A DNA stretch of 64,000 nucleotides from positions 12,294-76,293 of the forward strand of contig JAERTB010000010.1 of NCBI GenBank assembly GCA_016845225.1, given 5' to 3'. The stretch's first letter is position 1. Each line of letters opens with the position of its first letter. The stretch comes from Candidatus Woesearchaeota archaeon (GTDB lineage: Archaea; Nanobdellota; Nanobdellia; SCGC-AAA011-G17; UBA489). Below, one piece after another: positions 53,494-62,206 of this stretch. The notes under the pieces are model-generated. The model did not search any database, was not told where the DNA came from, and worked only from the letters and a program-made list of their open reading frames with translations. The translations under genes were made by a program, and so were the position numbers.

Positions 53494-56400
53494 ATGTCTT
53501 CTGTAAGAAAGGGTGTTGGTAAGAGCCATGAGAAGGGGCTAACTAATTTATTTATCGGACTTACTTTTTTATTGTTATTTTTCGGAGCATCTAGCGATTT
53601 TTCAGTTTTTAAGGGTATTAGCCCTACATCGGAGGGTTTGAGTGATTTTACAGGCATGGCTACTTCTCAAGATAGAGGACATAATGATAGCTATCCTGCA
53701 TATGTTACTTTTGGTAAACCTCTGGGCCAAAGTTTTAGAGAAATTGGTTCTGGTGAATTGGCCGGATTACTTGGCGGAAGCGTTAGTACTTCTTTAGGAA
53801 CTTCAGTTTATAATCAATATATTAAATTTTCAAGTATTTTTACTAGTGGTGAAACATTAAATGTTCAGCCAAGTGTTCTATATGGTTCGACTACGGGATT
53901 ACAAAGTAATTTTTTAGGAGATTATTTCTTTTTAGAAACCAAAACAGGTATTGGTGTTACTGCTGAAAATGCGTTTATGGAGTATGGTGTGGAGTTTGCA
54001 ACTGGATTGAGTAGTAATTTAAGTTCTGGAGTTTTAGAAGATTTAAAGGGAAGTTCATTTTTCATTATTTCTGATGATTATGATGTAATTGATGCAACTG
54101 TAGATAATAATGCAATTACTCTATCTCTTTTAGATTATATTGTTCAAGATAATCTAATTCAGGGACAAGAAAAAAATTATTTGATTGAAAAAGATGGAGT
54201 TACTACTGACTATAATGTTGAAGTTGGGAGTATTCCTAATTTAGTTCCTGAACAAGTTTATATGAATATTACTGGTTATAATTTTGTAGAAGAAAGTGGG
54301 ACATATAATGTTGGAGATACAATTACATTAATTGATGGTACTCCTGTGTTTGTTACAGGTATTTCTTTGAGCGAAGTAGGATATTCTGGATATGTGGATG
54401 GTCCAATGGAGAGTGCATTGTTTAATTCTCCACAAGGTATGGCTTCAGGAGAGACAGGTATTTATTTTGTTGCGGATACAGGGAATAATGTAATTAGAAT
54501 GATTAATATGAGTTCTGGAAATGTAACAACAGTTGCAGGAAGTGGGGCTCCAGGTTCAAATGATGGAGTAGGTGCAAATGCACAATTTAATGATCCTAGA
54601 GGAATTGCAATAGATTCAACTGGAAAAATACTTTATGTTGCAGATACAGGAAATCATAGACTTAGAAAAATAGTATTAACTAACAATGCAAGTTCTTCAA
54701 GTTATTATGGAACTGTTACAACTATGGCTGGTTCGGATTGGGGAACAACTACATCAACAACTAGTTCTGGTATGCATGGAACTGATGCAATGTTTAAGTA
54801 TCCTGAAGGAATTGCTGTTGGTGATTTAGGAACTATTTATGTTGCAGATACTCAAAATCATAGAATATTAAAAATATTTGATAATGGTGAAACAAATTCA
54901 AATGAGGCAGATAATTGGAATGTAACAATTGTTGCAGGGATGGGTGTTTCTGGTTTTGATAATGGGACTGGAGATATGTCTAAGTTCAATGGTCCGAGAG
55001 ATTTGTTTGTTGGAGAAGGTAGTGCGATTTATGTTACTGATACAGGAAATAATGCAATAAGAACAATATTCAAAAATGGACATTATACAGCTTGGAATGA
55101 GACTGAAGCATTTAATTGGAATACAACAACTTTAGCGGGCGGTGCAGGAACTGGTGCTGCAGGTTATGCGGACGGTGCAGGAAAAGATGCTTTATTCAAT
55201 ACGCCTTTAGGAATTTGGTCAGGATCTAATCAACCACTTGGATACCTTTATGTTGCAGATAGTTTGAACAATGTAATTAGATATGTTGATAACAATACAG
55301 GAGTTGTTTCTACTTATGCAGGTACTGGTGCTGCAGGTTATGTGGATGGGTTAAAAGAAGTTGCTAGAATGAATTTGCCTTCAGAAGTTACTCTTGTAGA
55401 TAATAAGTTATTTTTTGTTGATAAAAACAACCATAAAATAAGATATTCTACTGCTTCAAATGTTATAACTTTAACAGGAAATGGGACAGTTGTTGGAAAT
55501 AATGTTGATATCTATCTTGGTGGAGATTTAATTGTTTTAACTGATACTGATTATACAGATGATGAAACAACTACAAATACTTTGGGATATAGTGGGAATT
55601 CATTTACCTTGAATAATGAATTAATTGATAATGCATTTGTTCAAATTCAAGCTAATGATACTGATGTAGAAGACTTTACTATTGATTCAATTAAATACAG
55701 ATTAGTTGCTTCAGCAAGCTCTGGAAGTAATTTTGAAATGAATGAATCTATTAGTTTGAGTAGTTTGTTGACTGAATCTTTAGGTTTGATTGGAACTTTT
55801 GATATTTTCTATTTGGGCGATGTAACTCCTCCTGTAGAAAAAGAAATTAAATTAAATTACGCAAATGTTAGTGCAAATGATACTTATAATTTAATCTTTG
55901 AAAATATGGATGGCAGAGTTATTTCTTTCCCTTATATGTGGAATAATAATGGTGCGCGAGGATACGGAGATGCTGATGGAGATTTAGTTTTTGTTGAAGG
56001 GACTGTTGATGAAAATGTAAGTACTGCTATTGCTAGTAAACATGATTTTACCGTTGGACTTGGAGATTATTTTGTGTTAAGTAATTCAGATACTCCTGAC
56101 GGAATTGATAATAATGCTGTAAGTGAAGTTATTCAATATGTTTCCTATGATACTACTAGTAAAACGTTGAATTTTGTTAATTTGTTTGATGGAACTGCCT
56201 TGAGTGTAAATTATTTAGATGTTGTAGGATTAAATGGAACAGTTGGAAGTGCTACGCTTTCTGTGAATAATAGAAATTATGGAATATATTTGGCAAATAC
56301 TACCGCTGCTAATGCAATGCCTTTGGCGATTGATATGAACGGAGATGGAATTTTTGAAGCATCTCAAATTTATGTTACTGATAAATCTGGTGCAGTAATT

Positions 56401-58212
56401 GATTTAGGAATTCCTTCTAAAGGTGGAATTTGGAATGCTGTAGATTCTTTAGCTGGAACTTGGAGTGAAACTGGAGAAGTTGTTAATGCTGGATCTGTTT
56501 TGAGGTTAATTTCAAATTATGAAGAGTTTGGATTTGATTCTAATGTTCAATCTCTTCCAGAAAGTTGTAATGCGCCAGAAGGTACGAGTTGTGATGGTGT
56601 TGTACTAACAGAGAATGCTGCGTACATTACTTTAACAAATAATGGAAATTATTTAGCAAATGCAAGAATGCAACTTGATGGTTGTACTTCTGATCATGAT
56701 ATTCAAGGATTTGTTCCCGGAACTCAGAGGACTTTTGATTTTAAAGATTGTAATGGTCAAAATGATGTAGGTATTAAAGTTCAAAAGAATTTTGCATTGT
56801 TACATGATACTGGAACTACTCCAAATATTATAACTGAATCTGAGCCAGGAAATTTAACTTGGAAAGTTAGTGGAAATTATGCTCCTTGTATTTACGAAGT
56901 TACAGAGGTTTCTGTGGCCATTAGTGGAACTAAATTGGAGATTTCTGGACTTGATGCAGGAACAGGTATTGGAACATGTTGGTCAAATTATGCTAATCAA
57001 GAAGGCAGTAATTATTATGGTATGAATAGCCATGGAGCCTTCTTTAATCAAACTGATGATGGAAGTAATTCCGAGTTAGTTATTAATTATCCAGATACTC
57101 CTAGGCAAGCAATTGTTCAATTTGTTACAGATTATGCTACAGGCACTGGAAGCTGTACTCCTAGTTGTCCAGATCCTTCTACAGTTGCTTGTGGAAATTC
57201 AATTTATCCTACAAATGGATGTGGAACATGTCCTGGCACAGGAACACAATGTAGTTCTGGAGAGACTTGTAATCCTACTACTTTAACTTGTGAAGCTTGT
57301 ACCCCTTTAACACAATCTCAAGCATGTAGTGGATATGACTGCGGAAGTGTTAGTGATGGCTGTGGTGGCTCAATTACTTGTGGTGCTTGTGGAAGTGGCC
57401 AAACTTGTAATGGAAATGTTTGTGAGGATGATCCTGTTACCTGTACAGATAATGCTAATTGTACTTCGGGGTATATTTGTTCTGCAGGAATTTGTATTGA
57501 TGACGGTAGTTCAGGTTTAAATTATGAAATTTTTGAATGGGATATTGATGATTCTTTAACTGAGTTTGAAATGGTTGAAGAAGATTGGATTATTGTTACA
57601 GGTTTAGATGAGGATTATGCATTTGAATTAAATAGAGTTTATACAAGTGGGAAAATTAGATTTGGTCAAAATGATACAGGTATAAATTATTATATTAATG
57701 AAGCAGGAGATACAATAAATTTTGATCCTGATGATGATGGAGATTATGATTTCCATATTAAATCTGTTGAAGTTGATACTTTGAATGATGAAGCAACAGT
57801 AGAAATTGAAGCAGGAGAATATGTAAGTTCAACAACTACCCCTGATACCTCTAGTAGTTATTGTGGTGATGGAACTTGTGATGTTGGAGAAACCACATTT
57901 ACTTGTCCTTTAGATTGTTTAACAACTCCTACAACTACAACTAATACAGTTACTACGACCCCTACAGTTTATCCGGGTACTACAACTCCTACATCATCTA
58001 CAGGAGGATATCAAGGAGGGTCAGCAGTAACTCAAGAAAGTGATAATTTATTATTGTGGATTGCTTTAGGAATATTACTTATGATAATTGTTATACTTGC
58101 ATTTATTATGTTCTTAAGACCAAGAGGCTCACCTACAAAAGGATATTCAGTTCAATCACAACAAACCCAACCTGTTGCAACTAAACCTCAAGAAAGTGAA
58201 TATAAGTGGTAA
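53494..58212 (+). CDS. giant mosaic surface protein: S-layer-like scaffold, NHL repeats, Cys-rich repeats, Thr-rich stalk, C-terminal TM
   Basis: Six NHL-type repeats (FNxPxG...YVADTGNxxIR), many N-x-S/T sequons, CGSVSDGCGG and YCGDGTC repeats, C-terminal TM. Confidence 0.85.
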   Translation: MSSVRKGVGKSHEKGLTNLFIGLTFLLLFFGASSDFSVFKGISPTSEGLSDFTGMATSQDRGHNDSYPAYVTFGKPLGQSFREIGSGELAGLLGGSVSTSLGTSVYNQYIKFSSIFTSGETLNVQPSVLYGSTTGLQSNFLGDYFFLETKTGIGVTAENAFMEYGVEFATGLSSNLSSGVLEDLKGSSFFIISDDYDVIDATVDNNAITLSLLDYIVQDNLIQGQEKNYLIEKDGVTTDYNVEVGSIPNLVPEQVYMNITGYNFVEESGTYNVGDTITLIDGTPVFVTGISLSEVGYSGYVDGPMESALFNSPQGMASGETGIYFVADTGNNVIRMINMSSGNVTTVAGSGAPGSNDGVGANAQFNDPRGIAIDSTGKILYVADTGNHRLRKIVLTNNASSSSYYGTVTTMAGSDWGTTTSTTSSGMHGTDAMFKYPEGIAVGDLGTIYVADTQNHRILKIFDNGETNSNEADNWNVTIVAGMGVSGFDNGTGDMSKFNGPRDLFVGEGSAIYVTDTGNNAIRTIFKNGHYTAWNETEAFNWNTTTLAGGAGTGAAGYADGAGKDALFNTPLGIWSGSNQPLGYLYVADSLNNVIRYVDNNTGVVSTYAGTGAAGYVDGLKEVARMNLPSEVTLVDNKLFFVDKNNHKIRYSTASNVITLTGNGTVVGNNVDIYLGGDLIVLTDTDYTDDETTTNTLGYSGNSFTLNNELIDNAFVQIQANDTDVEDFTIDSIKYRLVASASSGSNFEMNESISLSSLLTESLGLIGTFDIFYLGDVTPPVEKEIKLNYANVSANDTYNLIFENMDGRVISFPYMWNNNGARGYGDADGDLVFVEGTVDENVSTAIASKHDFTVGLGDYFVLSNSDTPDGIDNNAVSEVIQYVSYDTTSKTLNFVNLFDGTALSVNYLDVVGLNGTVGSATLSVNNRNYGIYLANTTAANAMPLAIDMNGDGIFEASQIYVTDKSGAVIDLGIPSKGGIWNAVDSLAGTWSETGEVVNAGSVLRLISNYEEFGFDSNVQSLPESCNAPEGTSCDGVVLTENAAYITLTNNGNYLANARMQLDGCTSDHDIQGFVPGTQRTFDFKDCNGQNDVGIKVQKNFALLHDTGTTPNIITESEPGNLTWKVSGNYAPCIYEVTEVSVAISGTKLEISGLDAGTGIGTCWSNYANQEGSNYYGMNSHGAFFNQTDDGSNSELVINYPDTPRQAIVQFVTDYATGTGSCTPSCPDPSTVACGNSIYPTNGCGTCPGTGTQCSSGETCNPTTLTCEACTPLTQSQACSGYDCGSVSDGCGGSITCGACGSGQTCNGNVCEDDPVTCTDNANCTSGYICSAGICIDDGSSGLNYEIFEWDIDDSLTEFEMVEEDWIIVTGLDEDYAFELNRVYTSGKIRFGQNDTGINYYINEAGDTINFDPDDDGDYDFHIKSVEVDTLNDEATVEIEAGEYVSSTTTPDTSSSYCGDGTCDVGETTFTCPLDCLTTPTTTTNTVTTTPTVYPGTTTPTSSTGGYQGGSAVTQESDNLLLWIALGILLMIIVILAFIMFLRPRGSPTKGYSVQSQQTQPVATKPQESEYKW

Positions 58213-58227
58213 TTTAAGAAATTAGAA

Positions 58228-58701
58228 TTATTTTTTCTTTTCGTTTTTTGGTTTTTCGTCTTTAACTACCATTTTTTCTTCTCTAACTTTTTCAGCCTTT
58301 TCTTTTGGTAGTTCTTTTTTTACTGTTTTTTCCTTAACAGGTTCTTTCACTTTTTTAGTTTCAATTATTTTTTCAGCTTCTTTCTTAGGTTTTTCTTCCT
58401 TAGCTTTTTTTGTTTTTGGTTCTTCTTTTTTAGTAGTTTCAATAGGGAATCCAATTAATTCTGCCCTGTATTTGTCTTCATCTTTCAGAACTTTAACATG
58501 AACTTTTGTAATAACATTTTTTCTTCCTCTTGATTGAAGTTTGTGATTTAATTCACTACCTAGAAGAACATTTTCTGATTTAGTATGTTTTTGTAAGAAT
58601 TGTCTAACAGCAATGACTGCTTTTTTAGCACGATCATATTTTGCTACTTTCATTATTTCCTTTCTTAGAGGAATTATATATTCTGCTTCGTTTCCTTTCA
58701 T
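58228..58701 (-). CDS. rpl31e: 50S ribosomal protein L31e with Lys/Glu-rich tail
   Basis: YIIPLR, RAKKAV..VRQFLQKH, LN...SRG. Confidence 0.93.
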   Translation of the reverse strand: MKGNEAEYIIPLRKEIMKVAKYDRAKKAVIAVRQFLQKHTKSENVLLGSELNHKLQSRGRKNVITKVHVKVLKDEDKYRAELIGFPIETTKKEEPKTKKAKEEKPKKEAEKIIETKKVKEPVKEKTVKKELPKEKAEKVREEKMVVKDEKPKNEKKK

Positions 58702-58702
58702 C

Positions 58703-58879
58703 TTATGCTTTAATTCTCTTTCCTCTCTTCCAAGAACGTTTAATAACAGTATGGCGACCCATGTGAACTCTTCTACCTACTCCATAGATTTTAGTAACTG
58801 TCCAAAAAGGAGCCCATCTAGTTTGGAGCAATCTTTTTGCCAATCTTTGTTTCTTTGCAGGAGATTTTACTTTTGCCAT
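58703..58879 (-). CDS. rpl39e: 50S ribosomal protein L39e
   Basis: KKQRLAK..QTRWAPFW..KRSWKR; start moved to ATG 58879. Confidence 0.9.
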   Translation of the reverse strand: MAKVKSPAKKQRLAKRLLQTRWAPFWTVTKIYGVGRRVHMGRHTVIKRSWKRGKRIKA

Positions 58880-58880
58880 T

Positions 58881-59288
58881 TTACTTTTTAATTTTATCAA
58901 CTAGGCTTTTACCTTTCGGAGAAATTTTACGTCCTTTATGTACGTTTTTTTCTTCTTTTAGTACGTATCCAGCTTTTTCTAGTTGTTGTAATATTGTTCT
59001 AATAATTTTTCCAGAAGCTTCAGTTGTTCTTTCTGGTTTATGTCCTCTATTTTTTTTATGAGTATAAACTTTTTTTAATTTAGAGGTTCCAATCGGACCG
59101 TTCAAATATACTTTTCTTAAAATTGATGCAGCTCTCATTCTGTACCAGTCCTTTGATTCTGGTCTTTTAGTTTTACCATGGCCTGTCTTTACAAAATTAG
59201 CCCATTCTGGGACAGTAATTGCGTCTTTAAGAGCTTCTGATAGCTTCTTGATAGTTTCATTTGTTTTTAGGTCTTGTATTGCTGCCAT
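58881..59288 (-). CDS. rps19e: 30S ribosomal protein S19e
   Basis: PEWANFVKTG, RAASILRKVY, IIRTILQQLE, GRKISPKG. Confidence 0.97.
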   Translation of the reverse strand: MAAIQDLKTNETIKKLSEALKDAITVPEWANFVKTGHGKTKRPESKDWYRMRAASILRKVYLNGPIGTSKLKKVYTHKKNRGHKPERTTEASGKIIRTILQQLEKAGYVLKEEKNVHKGRKISPKGKSLVDKIKK

Positions 59289-59327
59289 AGAATTATTTTG
59301 CTCAGAATCAGTTTATAAAGTTTTGTG

Positions 59328-60662
59328 TTAGTTTGGCCTTAAAAGGTAAGAATCTTCCTTATCTTCAATCTGGAAGCCTTTTGCATGAATTTGGTATCTC
59401 AATTTATCTGATTTTTCCCAATTTTTGTCTTTTTTTGCTATGAGCCTTTCTTCTGCTAATTTAATTATATTTTCTGGTATTTCTTGATCAAAATTAAGTA
59501 TTTTGAAAATATTGTTGATTTCTTTGAAGAATTTTAGGGTGTCTTTTCCACCTTTTTTATTTTTATTACAATATGTAATGTACTCAAAGATTTTTGCAAA
59601 TGCTTCTGGCGTGTTGAAGTCATCGTCCAATGCATCATAAAATGCCTTTTTTGTTTTTTCTAGTTCTTTATCATCTTGATTGTTTAAATTTAATATGAAA
59701 TTGTTAATTCTAGCTAATCCATTTTTGGAATTTTCTAAATTTTCTTCTGAATACTCTATTCTATTCCTATAATGTGCGGATGCGTAAAAGAATCTAATTG
59801 TTTCTTTTGATTGTTGTTTTAATAAATCTCTTAGTGTTATTATGTTTCCAATTGATTTAGACATTTTTTCTTTTTTCATGTCTAAGAATCCTGCATGCAT
59901 CCAATATTTCACAAATGGTTTTTTATTTGAAATTGCTTCCATTTGTGCAATCTCTGCTTCGTGATGTGGAAAAATTAAATCTATCGCCCCTCCATGAATA
60001 TCATACTGTTGACCAAATTCTTCTTCAGTAATTGCAGTATCTTCTATGTGCCATCCTGGTCTTCCTTTGCCAAATGGTGCGTCCCAAGAAATTTCTTTTT
60101 CTTTTGCAAATTTCCATAAACAAAAATCTCCTTTATTTTTCTTTTCAGAACTTGAATCAACTCTAGTGGTTGCATCTTCTGCTTGGAGTGCAGTTCTTCC
60201 AGATAGTTTACCATATTCTGGATCTATTGAAATGTTAAAATAAATTCCATCTTCTGTTTTGTATGCGAATTCTTTTTCCAATAATCTTTCTACTTGAGAA
60301 ATTATATTGTCCATTTTATCAGTAGCTTTAATATATTTTGAAACTGCAGTGTTTCCTAAGTCTTTCATGTCTTTCAGAAATTCTTTGCAATATTTTTCTG
60401 AGAATTCTAATGGGGCTTGTTTTGCCTCTTTAGCAGCATTGATTATTTTATCATCTATATCTGTTAAATTTTGGATATAATTAACTTTGAATTTTTTATG
60501 TCTTAGATAATTAACAATTAAATCAAAGCTTGTAAAAGTTCTTGCATTTCCTATGTGAATAAAATTATATGTTGTTGGACCACAAACGAAGATGTTTATT
60601 TTTCCTTTTTCTATAGGGTCAAGGGTTTCTTTCTTTTTGGTTAAAGTGTTGTAAATCTTCAT
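59328..60662 (-). CDS. cysS: cysteine--tRNA ligase
   Basis: CGPTTY, HIGN, GRPGWHIE, DIHGGAIDLIFPHHE, KMSKS. Confidence 0.98.
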   Translation of the reverse strand: MKIYNTLTKKKETLDPIEKGKINIFVCGPTTYNFIHIGNARTFTSFDLIVNYLRHKKFKVNYIQNLTDIDDKIINAAKEAKQAPLEFSEKYCKEFLKDMKDLGNTAVSKYIKATDKMDNIISQVERLLEKEFAYKTEDGIYFNISIDPEYGKLSGRTALQAEDATTRVDSSSEKKNKGDFCLWKFAKEKEISWDAPFGKGRPGWHIEDTAITEEEFGQQYDIHGGAIDLIFPHHEAEIAQMEAISNKKPFVKYWMHAGFLDMKKEKMSKSIGNIITLRDLLKQQSKETIRFFYASAHYRNRIEYSEENLENSKNGLARINNFILNLNNQDDKELEKTKKAFYDALDDDFNTPEAFAKIFEYITYCNKNKKGGKDTLKFFKEINNIFKILNFDQEIPENIIKLAEERLIAKKDKNWEKSDKLRYQIHAKGFQIEDKEDSYLLRPN

Positions 60663-60710
60663 TTTAGTAAAAATATTTAGAAATTAAAGTATATTAATCT
60701 TTTGAGAACT

Positions 60711-61250
60711 CTAAACTATAGTTACTATGAACTGATGTTTTGGATCCACAGGGCTACAGTTTGGAGAACAGCTTAAAATTGCTTCAAATTTGTATACTCC
60801 TAATGGAAGATTTTGAGTATTAATTAATACTGTATCACTGTAACTTTCTCCTGAAGTCATTTCTATTGGAGATTTTACCCAATCTACATTTGCAAGTACG
60901 TCTGCTGAGTTAATTGATGCAGGATTTGATAAAATATTCAATGTGTATTGTAGGGAATATGTTGCTCCTGGATAAACATTATTTCTTAAATACACTTCTA
61001 AATTATCTATTGTTTTTCCTTGTTCAACTGTGTATTTTTTTGAGACCGTTGAGATTGACTTATCTGAATTTCCAAATATCTCCATAATTTGTCCTTCAGT
61101 AACTCTCTGTAAATCATCTGTTTGTTCGCTTATTCCTGACATGGTATCTGTAACCCACTTTAGTCCTAATGTTAAAATTGTAATTCCAATAACAACAACT
61201 ACAATAGTAGTTATAGAAAGTTCTACTGCCCCTTTTTTCCCTCTTTGCAT
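60711..61250 (-). CDS. archaeal pilin-like protein
   Basis: KKG/AVELSITTIVVVVIG; similar N-terminus to the 16781 pilin. Confidence 0.85.
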   Translation of the reverse strand: MQRGKKGAVELSITTIVVVVIGITILTLGLKWVTDTMSGISEQTDDLQRVTEGQIMEIFGNSDKSISTVSKKYTVEQGKTIDNLEVYLRNNVYPGATYSLQYTLNILSNPASINSADVLANVDWVKSPIEMTSGESYSDTVLINTQNLPLGVYKFEAILSCSPNCSPVDPKHQFIVTIV

Positions 61251-61304
61251 GTCAAGGTTTAGTTAATAAAGATTAATAAAGGTTTCTCTAATCTTTTCTT
61301 TTGA

Positions 61305-61323
61305 GGCATTTACTCTATTTACT
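61305..61323 (+). promoter_or_regulatory. candidate upstream regulatory box (second copy)
   Basis: GGCATTTACTCTATTTACT, 18/19 identical to 22382..22400; begins about 37 nt before a TATA-like CTTAAAAG. Confidence 0.45.
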
Positions 61324-61370
61324 CTCTGCCCGGCAAATTCTCTTAAAAGTTGAAGGTGTTAGTTGATTAT

Positions 61371-62003
61371 ATGTCATATCTCTCTGAATTAATAGGAATA
61401 ATCCTTGGAGATGGAAATATTTATTATAACTCTAAATCTAGAAGTTATTATGTAGAAATTACTGGAAATCCTCTTAATGAAAATAATTATTATTTTCACA
61501 TCTCTTGGCTATTTTTGAATATTGTTGGAAAACCTGGAAGAATTTATCTAGGAGGTAGAGGGCTAAGAATAAGAATTTATGACAAGAAATTTGTTGAATT
61601 TTTAATTAATGAGATTGGCATGGATTATGGTAAATCCAAATGCTATTCTGCAAAGATTCCTCTAAGAATAATTAAAGCTTCAAAACAAGAAATTCTTTGT
61701 TGTTTGAGGGGAATTTTTGATACAGATGGATCTTTTTTTGTTTCAAAAAAAGGAGGAAAATTATATCCTTCTATTGAAATTGTTTCTTGTAGTGAAAAAT
61801 TAGCTAAACAAATTAAAAATTTACTCGTTGAAGATTTTCGTGTTAATTTTAGGATTAAAATGTCCAAAAAAAGCAATGCCAGATTAGCTTATGTAATCTC
61901 ATTATATGGGCAAGAGGAAACTAATAAATGGTTTAAATTGGTAGGCAGTTCTAATTCTGCAAAGTATGAAAAATATGAGAATTTTATCAAAAGATTTAAA
62001 TAG
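61371..62003 (+). CDS. free-standing two-motif LAGLIDADG endonuclease-like protein
   Basis: LSELIGIILGDG and CLRGIFDTDGS motifs; no intein termini or host gene. Confidence 0.88.
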   Translation: MSYLSELIGIILGDGNIYYNSKSRSYYVEITGNPLNENNYYFHISWLFLNIVGKPGRIYLGGRGLRIRIYDKKFVEFLINEIGMDYGKSKCYSAKIPLRIIKASKQEILCCLRGIFDTDGSFFVSKKGGKLYPSIEIVSCSEKLAKQIKNLLVEDFRVNFRIKMSKKSNARLAYVISLYGQEETNKWFKLVGSSNSAKYEKYENFIKRFK

Positions 62004-62028
62004 ATTCTTTTGAAAACTTGTGTTTGAT

Positions 62029-62158
62029 GGGGCGGTAGCTCAGTCTGGGAGAGCACTAGAAGAGTTGTAGAAAATGTAACTCTGGTGAAACTGAAGTCAA
62101 GGGACTTCGTCTCTCAGCAGAAATCTAGGTGTCGAGTGTTCAAATCACTCTCGCCCCA
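62029..62158 (+). tRNA. tRNA-Phe(GAA) with two introns (about 62060-62089 and 62097-62122)
   Basis: GGGGCGG/TCGCCCC acceptor; D and T arms intact; removing both introns gives CTAGA-CTGAAGA-TCTAG; the first intron has a clear bulge-helix-bulge. Confidence 0.85.
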
Positions 62159-62206
62159 CATTTTATTTTAGAAAGTTATTTAAGATTAGAATTTGGGAGT
62201 TCTAGT

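Noticed and set aside
55140-55350. Near-identical GGxACTGGTGCTGCAGGTTATGxGGA repeats as a DGR template/variable pair or CRISPR
   Set aside because: They are coding NHL repeats; differences are not adenine-specific, and no reverse transcriptase or cas gene is in the window.
61350-62003. Intein or intron-encoded endonuclease
   Set aside because: No N-terminal Cys/Ser or C-terminal His-Asn splice motifs, no interrupted host gene, and it lies outside the tRNA introns.
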